Source: Hormiphora californensis | Lineage: Eukaryota; Animalia; Ctenophora | DNA length: 64,000 bases | Direction: 5' to 3' | Assembly: GCA_020137815.1 (NCBI GenBank) | Contig: CM035356.1 | Span: 6,386,001-6,450,000 of the forward strand | Shown: positions 47,801 through 59,800 of the stretch, in pieces | Numbering within the stretch: the stretch's first letter is position 1 | Layout of the letters: every line of letters starts with the position of its first letter | Program-made: the position numbers and the translations under genes | Notes under the pieces: model-generated | The model's database searches: none | Seen by the model: the letters and a program-made list of their open reading frames with translations, nothing else | Told to the model about the DNA's origin: nothing

Positions 47801-50800
47801 AAGTGATAACATTTCCAAAGCTCCTATCCATAGGGTAAAGCTCCGTCACCTGAGACTTCCAATCATCGGTACCTTCAGATTCAGGCTTGACAATGAGAGT
47901 CAGATAGGACTCGTATACCACAACCTGCTCCGCGGGTGGCCGAGAGCTGTAATCAACCAGATCAAATACCAAACCGGACAATCGAAGTGGGTTAGTAGAA
48001 GTTCGCCCGATGATAAGTTCATTGAGGTTCTCGAAACCGGAATAACCCTCCGTGAAAACAGCAGAATCAATGAGAGAGCTGAGGGGGACGACATCCCGGT
48101 AACCATCTTCTGGCTTCGTGCATTCCACTGGTTCGACTGGCGATGTTGTGGTACTTGAGGTAGTTGGAGTGGTAGTGCTGGAAGTAGTTGATGGAGTGGT
48201 GGTACTAGAGGTAGTTGATGGAGTTGTGGTACTTGAAGTAGTTGATGGAGTTGTGGTACTGGAGGTTGTTGATGGAGTTGTAGTGCTTGAGGTAGTTGAT
48301 GGAGTGGTAGTGCTAGATGTAGTTGATGGAGTGGTAGTGCTTGAAGTAGTTGATGGAGTGGTAGTGCTAGATGTAGTTGATGGAGTGGTGGTGCTAGATG
48401 TAGTTGATGGAGTGGTGGTGCTTGAGGTAGTTGATGGAGTGGTAGTGCTAGATGTAGTTGATGGAGTGGTAGTGCTTGAGGTGGTTGATGGAGTAGTGGT
48501 GCTTGAAGTAGTTGATGGAGTGGTGGTGCTTGAGGTGGTTGATGGGGTAGTTGTGCTTGAAGTAGTTGATGGAGTGGTTGTGCTTGAGGTGGTTGATGGA
48601 GTAGTAGTACTTGAGGTAGTTGATGGAGTGGTGGTGCTTGATGTTGTTGATGGTGTAGTGGTACTTGAGGTAGTTGATGGTGTAGTGGTACTTGAGGTAG
48701 TTGATGGAGTAGTTGTGCTTGAGGTGGTTGATGGAGTAGTAGTACTTGAGGTAGTTGATGGAGTTGTAGTGCTGGACGTAGTTGATGGCGTGGTAGTGCT
48801 AGAGGTAGTTGATGGAGTGGTAGTGCTTGAGGTGGTTGATGGAGTAGTGGTGCTTGAAGTAGTTGATGGAGTGGTTGTGCTTGAAGTTGTTGATGGAGTA
48901 GTGGTACTTGAGGTAGTTGATGGAGTGGTAGTGCTTGAGGTAGTTGATGGAGTAGTGGTGCTTGAGGTAGTTGATGGAGTGGTAGTGCTGGACGTAGTTG
49001 ATGGGGTAGTGGTGCTAGAGGTAGTTGATGGAGTGGTTGTGCTTGACGTGGTTGATGGAGTAGTGGTGCTTGAGGTGGTTGAGGGAGTGGTGGTACTTGA
49101 GGTAGTTGATGGAGTGGTAGTGCTAGATGTAGTTGATGGAGTGGTAGTGCTTGAGGTGGTTGATGGAGTAGTGGTGCTTGAAGTAGTTGATGGAGTAGTG
49201 GTGCTTGAGGTAGTTGATGGAGTGGTAGTGCTGGACGTAGTTGATGGGGTAGTGGTGCTAGAGGTAGTTGATGGAGTGGTTGTGCTTGACGTGGTTGATG
49301 GAGTAGTGGTGCTTGAGGTGGTTGAGGGAGTGGTGGTACTTGAGGTAGTTGATGGAGTGGTAGTGCTAGATGTAGTTGATGGAGTGGTAGTGCTTGAGGT
49401 GGTTGATGGAGTAGTGGTGCTTGAAGTAGTTGATGGAGTGGTGGTGCTTGAGGTGGTTGATGGGGTAGTTGTGCTTGAAGTAGTTGATGGAGTGGTTGTG
49501 CTTGAGGTGGTTGATGGAGTAGTAGTACTTGAGGTAGTTGATGGAGTGGTGGTGCTTGATGTTGTTGATGGTGTAGTGGTACTTGAGGTAGTTGATGGTG
49601 TAGTGGTACTTGAGGTAGTTGATGGAGTAGTTGTGCTTGAGGTGGTTGATGGAGTAGTAGTACTTGAGGTAGTTGATGGAGTTGTAGTGCTGGACGTAGT
49701 TGATGGCGTGGTAGTGCTAGAGGTAGTTGATGGAGTGGTAGTGCTTGAGGTGGTTGATGGAGTAGTGGTGCTTGAAGTAGTTGATGGAGTGGTTGTGCTT
49801 GAGGTGGTTGATGGAGTAGTAGTACTTGAGGTAGTTGATGGAGTGGTGGTGCTTGATGTTGTTGATGGTGTAGTGGTACTTGAGGTAGTTGATGGAGTGG
49901 TTGTGCTTGAAGTTGTTGATGGAGTAGTGGTGCTTGAGGTAGTTGATGGAGTGGTAGTGCTGGACGTAGTTGATGGGGTAGTGGTGCTAGAGGTAGTTGA
50001 TGGAGTGGTTGTGCTTGACGTGGTTGATGGAGTAGTGGTGCTTGAGGTGGTTGAGGGAGTGGTGGTACTTGAGGTAGTTGATGGGGTAGTTGTGCTTGAC
50101 GTGGTCGATGGGGTAGTTGTGCTTGAAGTAGTTGATGGAGTGGTAGTGCTTGATGTTGTTGATGGAGTGGTAGTGCTTGATGTAGTTGATGGAGTAGTTG
50201 TGCTAGACGTAGTTGATGGGGTAGTAGTGCTAGAGGTAGTTGATGGAGTGGTAGTGCTTGAGGTGGTTGATGGAGTAGTTGTGCTTGAGGTAGTTGATGG
50301 AGTGGTAGTGCTGGAAGTAGTTGATGGAGTAGTGGTGCTTGAGGTAGTTGATGGAGTGGTAGTGCTTGATGTAGTTGATGGAGTAGTGGTGCTTGAGGTA
50401 GTTGATGGGGTGGTAGTGCTAGAGGTAGTTGATGGAGTGGTAGTGCTTGATGTAGTTGATGGAGTAGTTGTGCTTGATGTGGTTGATGGAGTAGTGGTAC
50501 TTGAGGTAGTTGATGGAGTGGTGGTACTTGAGGTGGTAGATGGAGTAGTTGTGCTTGAGGTAGTTGATGGAGTGGTAGTGCTGGACGTAGTTGATGGGGT
50601 AGTGGTGCTAGAGGTAGTTGATGGAGTGGTTGTGCTTGACGTGGTTGATGGAGTGGTTGTGCTTGACGTAGTTGATGGAGTGGTAGTGCTTGAGGTAGTT
50701 GATGGAGTGGTAGTGCTTGAGGTAGTTGATGGAGTGGTGGTGCTTGAGGTAGTTGATGGAGTGGTAGTGCTGGACGTAGTTGATGGGGTAGTGGTGCTAG

Positions 50801-53800
50801 AGGTAGTTGATGGAGTGGTTGTGCTTGACGTGGTTGATGGAGTAGTGGTACTTGAAGTAGTTGATGGAGTGGTGGTACTTGATGTGGTAGATGGAGTGGT
50901 TGTGCTTGATGTAGTTGATGGAGTGGTTGTGCTGGAAGTAGTTGATGGAGTTGTTGTGCTTGAAGTAGTTGATGGAGTAGTGGTACTTGAGGTAGTTGAT
51001 GGAGTGGTGGTGCTGGAAGTAGTTGATGGAGTAGTTGTACTTGAGGTAGTTGAAGGAGTGGTGGTGCTTGAGGTAGTTGATGGAGTAGTGGTACTTGAGG
51101 TAGTTGATGGAGTGGTAGTGCTTGATGTAGTTGATGGAGTAGTGGTGCTTGATGTAGTTGATGGGGTGGTTGTGCTAGAAGTAGTTGATGGAGTAGTAGT
51201 GCTTGATGTAGTTGATGGAGTGGTTGTGCTTGATGTAGTTGATGGAGTAGTGGTACTGGAGGTAGTTGATGGAGTGGTGGTGCTTGATGTGGTTGATGGG
51301 GTAGTTGTGCTTGAAGTAGTTGATGGAGTGGTAGTGCTTGATGTAGTTGATGGAGTAGTTGTGCTTGATGTGGTTGATGGAGTAGTGGTACTTGATGTAG
51401 TTGATGGAGTAGTGGTGCTTGAGGTGGTTGATGGAGTGGTTGTGCTGGAGGTAGTTGATGGAGTGGTGGTGCTTGAGGTAGTTGATGGAGTGGTGGTGCT
51501 TGATGTTGTTGAAGGAGTGGTGGTGCTTGAAGTAGTTGATGGAGTGGTAGTGCTTGATGTAGTTGATGGAGTAGTGGTACTTGAGGTAGTTGATGGAGTA
51601 GTGGTACTTGAGGTGGTAGATGGAGTAGTTGTGCTTGATGTAGTTGATGGGGTCGTAGTGCTAGAGGTAGTTGATGGAGTGGTAGTGCTTGATGTTGTTG
51701 ATGGAGTGGTGGTGCTTGATGTAGTTGATGGAGTGGTAGTGCTTGATGTTGTTGATGGAGTTTTGTTTTTTTGGGGGATGGTTTTTAGTGGTGGGTGGGT
51801 GGGGGTGTTGGGTGGTTTGTGGGGGTTTTTTTTGGGGGTGGTTTGGGGGGGGGGTGGTTTGGGTTTGGGAGTGGTTGGTTAGGGGGTTTTTTGTTGTTTG
51901 GGGGGGTTTGATGGGGGGTGGTGTTGTGGGGTTGGGGTTTTTTTTTTGGGGGGGTATTTTGGGGGGGGTTTTGGGGGTTTTTTGGGGGTGGGTTGTGTGG
52001 TAGGGTTGTGGGTGGGTTTTGGGTGGGGTTTTTTTTGGGGGGGGTTGTGCTGTGTGGGTTTAAAGGGGTTTTTTGTGAGGGAAGTATTTTTGGGTTTGGG
52101 TGGTTTTTTGTGGAGGGTTTTGGGGGTGGTTTTTTTTTGGGGGGTTTGAGGGTGGGTTGTGTTTAGGGGGTGGTTTTTGAAGGGGTTTGGGGTTTTTGGG
52201 AAATGTGGTTTTTTGGGGGGGGGGGGGGGGTTTTTTGTGGTATGGTTTTTGGGTGGTTTTTTGGGGTTTTGGGGGGTTTTGGGGTTTTGTTGGGAATGGG
52301 GGTTTTTTTTTGTGGAGGGTGTTTTGTGTGGGGTTGGGTTTTGGGGGGGAGTTTTGGGGTTTTGGGGTTTTTTTTGGGGGGGAGGGGGTTTTTGGGGGTT
52401 TTGGGTGGGGGTTTTGGGGGGGGTTTTTTTCGGGGGGTTGAAATTTTGTGATGGGGTTTTTGGTTTGGGGGTTTTTGGTTGGGTGGGGTTTTTGGGGGTG
52501 GTTGGGGGGGGGGTTTGGGGAAAGGGGTTTTTTTTTTTGGAGGTGGGGGAAATGTTTTTGGGGGGGGTTTGGGGTTTTTTGGGGGTTGGGATGGGGGGGT
52601 TTTGGGGTGGTTTGGGGGGGGGTGGTGAGGTTTTGGGGGTTTTTTTTGGGGGGTTTTGGGGGGGTTTTTTTGTTTAATTTTGGGGTTTAAAAAATTTTTT
52701 GGTTTTAGTGGTTTGTGTGGTTGGGGGGTTTGAGAGTTTGGGGTTTTGGCTAAAATGGGTTTTGGGTGGAGTTTTGGGGAGTGCTGGGGTTTTTGGGGTT
52801 TTTTTGAGGGGAATTAAGGTTTTTGGGTGGGGTTTTGGGGGGGGGGTGGGGGGGGGGGTTTGGGTTGGGGGGGGGGTTTTTTTTGTGGGGGTTGTGCTAG
52901 GGGTTTTTGATTTGTTGTTTTTGTGGGTTTTTTTGGGGGGGTTTTGGGTTGGGTGTTTGGGGGGTTTTTTGGGGGGTTTTGGGGTTTTGGTGGGGAAATG
53001 TTGGGGGGGGAGGAGGGGGGGGTGGGTTTAAAAATGGGGGGTTTTTTGTGTGGGGAGGGGTTTTGGGGGTTTTTTTTGAAGGGGGGTTGGGGGGTTTTTT
53101 GGAGTGGAGTGGGGTTGGGGTTTTTTGTGGGTTGGGGGTTTTTGGGGGGGGGTTTTTTTTTGTGTGGTTGGTGTTTGGGTGGATGGGAAATGTTGTGGGG
53201 TTGTTGGGGTTTTTTGGGGGAAAGGGGTGGTTTGGAATTTGGGGGTTTTGTGGGGGTTGGGTGGGTTTTGGGGGGTTTTGGGGGGGGTTTTGGGGGGAAG
53301 GGGTGGGTTTTTTTGGGGGGGGTTGTGGGGTTTGGGTGGGTTTTGTTTGGGGGGTTGTTTTGGGGGGGGGGTTTTTTTAGGTGGAAGATGGTTGAGGAGG
53401 GGGGGGGTTTTTGTTGGTTGTGTTGGGGGAGGGGGGGGTTCTGGGTGGTGGTTTGGGAAAGGGGTTTTTGGGGGGTTTTTTTTGGGGGGTTTTTGGAAAG
53501 GGGGTGTTGGGGGGGGTTGGGGGGTTTGGGTTTGGGGTTTTTGTGCGGGGGTTTGTGGGGGGTTGAGGGTTGGTTTTTTAGTTGAGGATGGTTTTGGTGT
53601 GGGGGTTTGGGGGGTTTTTTTGGGGGGAAATTTTGGGGGGGGGGGGGTTTTGCTGGAAAGGGGGGTGGAGTGGTTTTGGCTTGGGGTTTGATGGGTGGTA
53701 TGAAGTTGTGGTTTTGTGGGGGTTTTGTGAAATGGTAGTGGGTTTTGGGGGGGGGGGTGGTTTGGTTTGGGTGGGGGTTTGGGGTTTTGGGGGTGGTTTG

Positions 53801-56800
53801 GGGTTTTTGAAAATGGGGTGGGTTTGGGGTGGGTTGGTTTTTGGGGTGGTGGTGTGTTGATGGGGGTGGTGCTTTGGGTGGTTGATGGGGGTTTTTGTTT
53901 TCAGGTGTTAAGGGGTTTGTTTAATGGGTGTTGGGGCTAGTGTGGGGGTTGATGGAGTGGTAGTGGCTTGGTTTGATGGGTGATGGGAAGGAGTTTTTGA
54001 TGGGAGTGGGTTTTGGGTGGTTGAAAGGAGTTGGTTGTGTTGGGGTTGGGGTGGGGTTTATGAGTGTGTTGGTAGTTGTGCGGAAGGGGTTTGGTGGTTG
54101 GAATGGGGCTTAGTTTTTAGGTTTTCTGTATTGGTAGTTGTAGTGTTATGGAGTGGGTGATGGGTGTTTGGAAGGGGGTTGATGGAGGGGGTTGTATGAG
54201 TGGTTTTGATTGGAGGGGTGTTAGTGTTGATGGGGTGTTGTGCTTGAAGTTGTTGATGGAGTTTTGTTTTGAGGAGTTTGGTAGTGGGGGTGGGGGTTTT
54301 GTTGGTGGTTTGGTTTTTTTGTATGGTGTGGTGGGTGGGGGGTGGGGGTGTGGGGGGTGGTTTTGGGGGTTTTTGGAGTGGTTGGGGTTTAAATGGTTTG
54401 GGGGGTTATCAAATTTGTTTTTTTTTTTTTGAATTGTTTTGATGGAGTGGTGTGCTTTGGGTTTTGGATGGTTGTGGTTTTGTGTGTGGGGGTTTTTGAA
54501 AATGGAGGGGGTTTTTTGGGCCGTAGTGTGTGGGGGAAAGGGGGGTTTTGTGTGGGTGGAAGTTTAAATTGGTTTTTTATGGAGTGGGTTTTGTTTTAGT
54601 GGTTTTTGTTTGGTTGGATGGGGTTTTGTGCTGGGGTGGTTGATGGAGTGGGGTTTCTTGGTTTTTGAATGGGGGTTTCGTATGGTTTTGGAAAGGGGGT
54701 TTTGTGAGGTTTTGTTAGTGGGTTTTGGGGTTTAAGGGGGGTGTGTAGTGGTTTTTTTTGGGGGTGGGGGAAGGTTTTGGGGGGAAAGGGGGTTGATGGA
54801 GTGGGGGTTTTTTGGGGTTTAATGGGTTTGGTTTGGTAAGGGGGTTTAGGGGGGTTTTTGGGGGGGGGGGGGGGTAGGGGGAGGGGGGGGTTTGGGTTTT
54901 AGTATTTTGGGGTTTGGGGGGTTTTTTACTTTTGGTTTAAAAGGTTGTTTTTTGAGTTTTATGGAGTGGTTGGGGGGAGGGGTGGGTTTAAAAATATTTT
55001 GGGGTTTTTTATGGGTAGGTAAAGGGGGTTTGGGGGGTGGGTGGGTGGTTTGGGAAAAGGGTTTTGGGGGTTTTTTTGATGTTGATGGGTGGGGTTGGGT
55101 TTTTGGGGGGTTTTGGGGTTTGTGGGGGGGGTTTTTGGGTTGGGGGGTTGGGTTTTGGGTTGTAGGGGGTTTTTTAAATTTTTTTGGGTTTTGTCGGGGG
55201 GTTTATTGGGGTTTTAGTGTGGGTTTTGGGGGGGTGAGTGGGGGGGTTTGGGGGGTTTGAGTGTTTATGGGTGGGGGGGGTTTTTTATTGGGGGGGGTGG
55301 GTTTTTTTTTTTTTTTTTGGGGGGGGGTGGTAGGTTGTGTGGTGGGGGTTTTTGGCAGAAATTTGATGGAGGGTGGGTTGTGGGGAGGGTTGGGGGGTGG
55401 GTTTTGGGGGGTTTTGTTTAGTTTTGGGGGGGAGTTGGGTTTTGGTGGGTGGTTGGGGTGGGGTGGGTTTGTTTGGGAATTTTTTTAGGGGGTTTGGGGT
55501 GGGTTGGGGGTGGGGGTTTTTGGGGTGGGGTTTTTTGTTTTATGGGGTAGGGGGTAGGGGAGTGGTTTGGGTGAGGGGGGGGGTGGTTTTTTGGGTTTTT
55601 TGGGTTTTTGGGGGTAGTGGTTGGGAGGGGTAGTGGGGTTTGAGGTTTGGGGGGTTTTTTTTGATTTTTGAAGGGGGGGGTTTTGGGGGGGTTTTGTTTT
55701 TTTGGGTTTGTGTGGGGGTTTGGGTTTTAGTTTTGATGGGGTTTTTTTTAAAAAAGGGGTTTATGGGTTTTTGTAATTTAAAGGGGGGGTTTTGTATTGG
55801 GGAGTGTGGGTTTTGGGGTTGGGGAGTTTTTTTTGGGGGGAGTTTTTGAATGGGGAAGTGTGGTTTTAAAAGGGGGAAGGGGTTGGGGTTTTGGGTTTTT
55901 TTTAAATGTTTTGGGGGTTTGAGGGGGTTTTTTTGGGGGGGGGGTCTGGGGTGTTGATGGGGGTGGTGTTTTGGTTTGGGGGGGGGTGGTGGTTTCTTTT
56001 TGGGGGGGGTTTTGGGGTGAATTTGGGTTTTTTGGGAAATTTTTTGGTTTGAATTTTTGGGTGGAAATGGTTTGGGTGGGGGTTTGTTGGTTTAGGAGTG
56101 GTGTGTGAGTGGTTGGTGGGTTTTTTGTGGTCGTGTGGTTGATGGAGTGGGGTCTAGTGTGGGTTTATGGGTTTTTGGAGGTGTGAAGTTGTTGAAAGGG
56201 TGGTTTTTGTGGTGGGTTGTGATGTGTGCTAGGTGTTGATGGGTGTATCTGTGGGTTGTTTAAGGGTGTGTTGGGGTTTATGGGTGTAGTGCTGGTGGGT
56301 TGATGGAGTGGGGGTTCTGAGGGGGGTTGATGGGTTTTGTGCTGGGGAAGTAGTTGATGGAGTGGTTGTGCTTGGTGGTTGAGGGTGGTTGTGAGTAAGG
56401 GGGTGGATTGGTTATGATGGTTTGGTATGGTGGTTTATGGAGTGGTTGTGGGTGTTGAGGGTGTTGTGGGTTGTTGATGGGTGTGTGTGGTAGTGGTTGA
56501 TGGAGTGGTATTGGGTGGGTGATGGGTGTTGTACTTGAAGGTGGGTTTATGGGGTGGTTGGTAAGTGTGGTGATGGTTTGTGTGTTGAAGTTGATGGAGT
56601 GTAGTGACTAGTGTGGGTTTATTGGGGTGGTGTGCTAGTGGTGGTTTATGGGGGAGGTGTGTGTTGAAGAGTTTGGATGGGTTTAGTAGTGGTTGTTGAT
56701 GGAGTGGTGTGCTGTGTGGTTGATGGAGTTTGTTGTTGAGGGAGTGGTGGTAGTGGTTGTTGAGTGTTGTGGTGGGTGGTGGGGTGGGGGTTTGGGGGGG

Positions 56801-59800
56801 TTTGGGTGGTGTGTATGGTGTTTATGGGTGTAGGTAAGGAGTGGGTTTATGGGAGTGGTGTCGTAGTGGTTGAGGAGTGGTTGTACTTGGGTGGTTGATG
56901 GATGGGAGTGTGTAGTGGTTGATGGAGGTTTGTGTGGAAGATGGGAGGGTGGTTTTAGGTTAGTGGGTAGGGGTGGTGGTTGGGGTTGAGTTTTGTGTGG
57001 TTTATTGGGTGTGATGGTGGTGCTGTGGGGGTTGATGGAGTGTAGTGCTAGGGTGTTATGGGGGTTTGCTGTGTGGTTGAAGGGGTTGTGGTGGTCGGGA
57101 AGTGGTTGTGGAGTTTAGTCTGTGGTGGTTGATGGAGTGTTTTGCTGTGGTGTTTGATGGGGTTTGTATGGGTTTAAGGTGGGTTTTGGGGAGGTGGTAT
57201 GGTTGAGGGGGTTGTGCTATGGTGGGTTTATGGAGTGGGGGTGCTGTTTTGGTTGATGGGGTTGTGTTGTGTGAGTGGTTTAAGGAGGGTGTGGTGTGGG
57301 GTTTGTGAAGTAAGTGGTTGATGGAAGTGGTTGTGCTGGTGTGGTTGATGGAGTTTTGGAGGTGAAGGTGGTTGATGGAGTGGTTGTGCTGGAAATGTTG
57401 AGGAGGGAGTGTAGTGGTGGGGGGGTTTGTGTGGAGTAGTTGTGAGTGGTGTTGAAGGGTTTTGTTGAGGTGAAGGAGTTTTGGGGTTTGTGTGGTGTGG
57501 TTGATGGAGTGGTAGTGCTAGTGGTGGTTTGGATGGGTGTGGTGGTGGTTGATGGGTTTGTGCTGGTGGGTGGTGGTTGTGACTGTTGGGTAGTGGGTGA
57601 TGGAGGGTGGTGTTTGTGGTGTGGGGGTTTTGAAATGGTGTTGGATGGAGTGGTTGTGCTTAGTGGGTTTATGGAGTGGTAGTGCTAGTGTGGTTTATGG
57701 GTTTTGTATGGGTTGTTTTGTTTGGAAATTGGTGGGGTGAAGTTGGGTTTATGGAGTGGGTTTTAGTGGTTGTTGATGGTTCTGTGACTGGAAGTAGTGG
57801 TTATGGAGTGTAGTGCTAGGGTGGTGGTGGAGTGGTGTGCTTGGGGGGTTGAGGGTTTGGACTGGTTGAAATGTGGTTGAGGAGTGGTAAATGCTAGTGG
57901 TGGTTGATGGGGTTGTGATGGTAGTAGGTTTTGAAGGTGAGTGTGGTATGGGGTGGTTTGATGGAGGTTAGGGTGGTTTGTAGGGTGGTTGAATGGGGGT
58001 TTCTTGTGGACTGGTGGAAGTAGTTGGGAGTGGGGTGGGTGGTGGTTGTGGTGGGTTTTGCGTGTGTGTGTGGTTTTGTAAGGGGGATGGTTTGGGTGGT
58101 TTGGGTGGGTGTGGAGTGTTGAAATGGTGTTGGGTTGTTGAATGGGTGGTTAGTGTTAGGGTTTTTGGGCTGGAGTGGTTGATGGAGTGGTAGGGTTTGG
58201 GGGGGTTTTGTGGGATGGGTGTAGGTGGGTTTATGGGTGGTTGTGGGTGAGTGGGGGTTTAGGGGTGGTTGGAGTGTGTGTTTATGAGTTGGGGGTTTTG
58301 GTGGTGAGTTGGGTGATGGAGTGGTTTGTGCTATGGTGGTTGATGGGGAGTAGGTAAGTGGGGTTTAGGAGTTGAAGGGTTGGGGTTTTGAAATGTTGTG
58401 ATGGGAGTGGTTTGTGTAGTGGGGTTGTTGATGGAGTGTTTGTGCAGGAGTGGTTGATGGAGTGGTGGGGCTGTGGGGGTTGATGGAGTGGTTGTGCTTA
58501 GTGGGTGTGATGGGGGTTTTTGGTGGTGGTTGAGTGTTGATGATGGTAGTGCTTGTAGTGGTGTGTGGTTGTTTGGTGTAGTTGATGGTGGTGGTGTTGC
58601 TGGATGGTTAAGGTAGTGGTTGTTTTGGGGGGTGTGCTGGAAGAGGTGGGTGGATGTTGTGGTGTGGTAGTGGATTGGTGTGATGGGGGTTGTGATGGGG
58701 TGGGTTTTGGAGTGGTTGGTGCTTGGGTGGTGATGGAGTGGTGGTGAGTGTGGTTGATGGAGTGTTGTGGCTGGTGTGGGTTTATGGGTTGTGAGGGAGA
58801 GTGGGTTGATGTTGGGTTGTTTCTTGTGTTGATGGAGTGGTAGTGCTGTGTTGTTGAGGGTGTAGTTGGAGGGTTGAGGGTGTGGTTTTGGGGGTTGAAA
58901 GGGTTTTGTGACTGGTGAAGTGGTTGATGGAGTGGTTGTGCTGGGTTTGAGTGGGGTGGGTGGTGAGGTGTTGAGTGTGTTGATGGGAGTTTGTGTGCGG
59001 GGAGGGGGTTGATGGAGTGGTGTGCTAGTGGTTGTTGATGGGGTGTGGTGGTGAGGTGGTTGAGGGTGTTGTGCTGGGGGGTGAGGAGTTGGGTAGTGGT
59101 TGAGGGGGTTTTTTGGTAGTGGTTGGTTGGGGTGTTTTGGGGGGTGGGATGGTGGGTTTATGGAGGGGGTTGTGGGTTGAGTGGGGGTTGTGGGTGGTTG
59201 TGGTGGTAGTGGTTGGGAGGTGGTTGGCTGAAAGGGGGTTGATGGGGTTTCTGTGAGGATATGTGTTGATGAGTGGTTTCTAGTGTGTTGAGGAGTTGGC
59301 TAGTGTGTTGATGGAGTGGTGGTATGAGGGAGTTGATGGAGTTGGTGGGCTTGGGTGGTTGATGGAGTGGTGTGCAGAGTAGGTTGATGAGGGTTGGTGT
59401 GGAGTGGGTTGATGGAGTGTTGTCTGGGTGTTGATGGAGTGGTGGGGCTTGGGTTTGAGGGGGGAGGGGTGGTAGTGGTGATGTGGTTGTAGGGGTGATG
59501 GGGTATGGGTGTGTGGGGTGGTGTACTTGATGTGTTGAGGAGTGGGGTGCTGAGGTGTTGTGGTGTGGTGTGATGTTTGAGGTGGTGGAGCTTGAGGTAT
59601 TGTTTACGGTAGGGTGTGGAGTGTTGGGGAGTGTGGTTGACTGGAAATGGGTTTTGGGGGGTGTGGGTGATGGTGTTGATGAAGGGTGGCTTGAGGTGGT
59701 TGATGGGTTGTGTGCTGGGAAGGTGAGTTGAGGAGTGGTTGGTGCTGGAGTGTTGATGGAGGGTGTACTGGGTGTTGATGGGGTGGTTGTTGAGGTGTTG

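Noticed and set aside
48118-51882. 1254-aa plus-strand (VVVLEVVDG)n ORF
   Set aside because: Antisense shadow of the mucin repeat: variation is synonymous in the minus frame, which continues into spliced domain exons
51743-58357. Gly/Phe/Val/Trp-rich ORFs
   Set aside because: Products of G/T low-complexity, probably artefactual sequence
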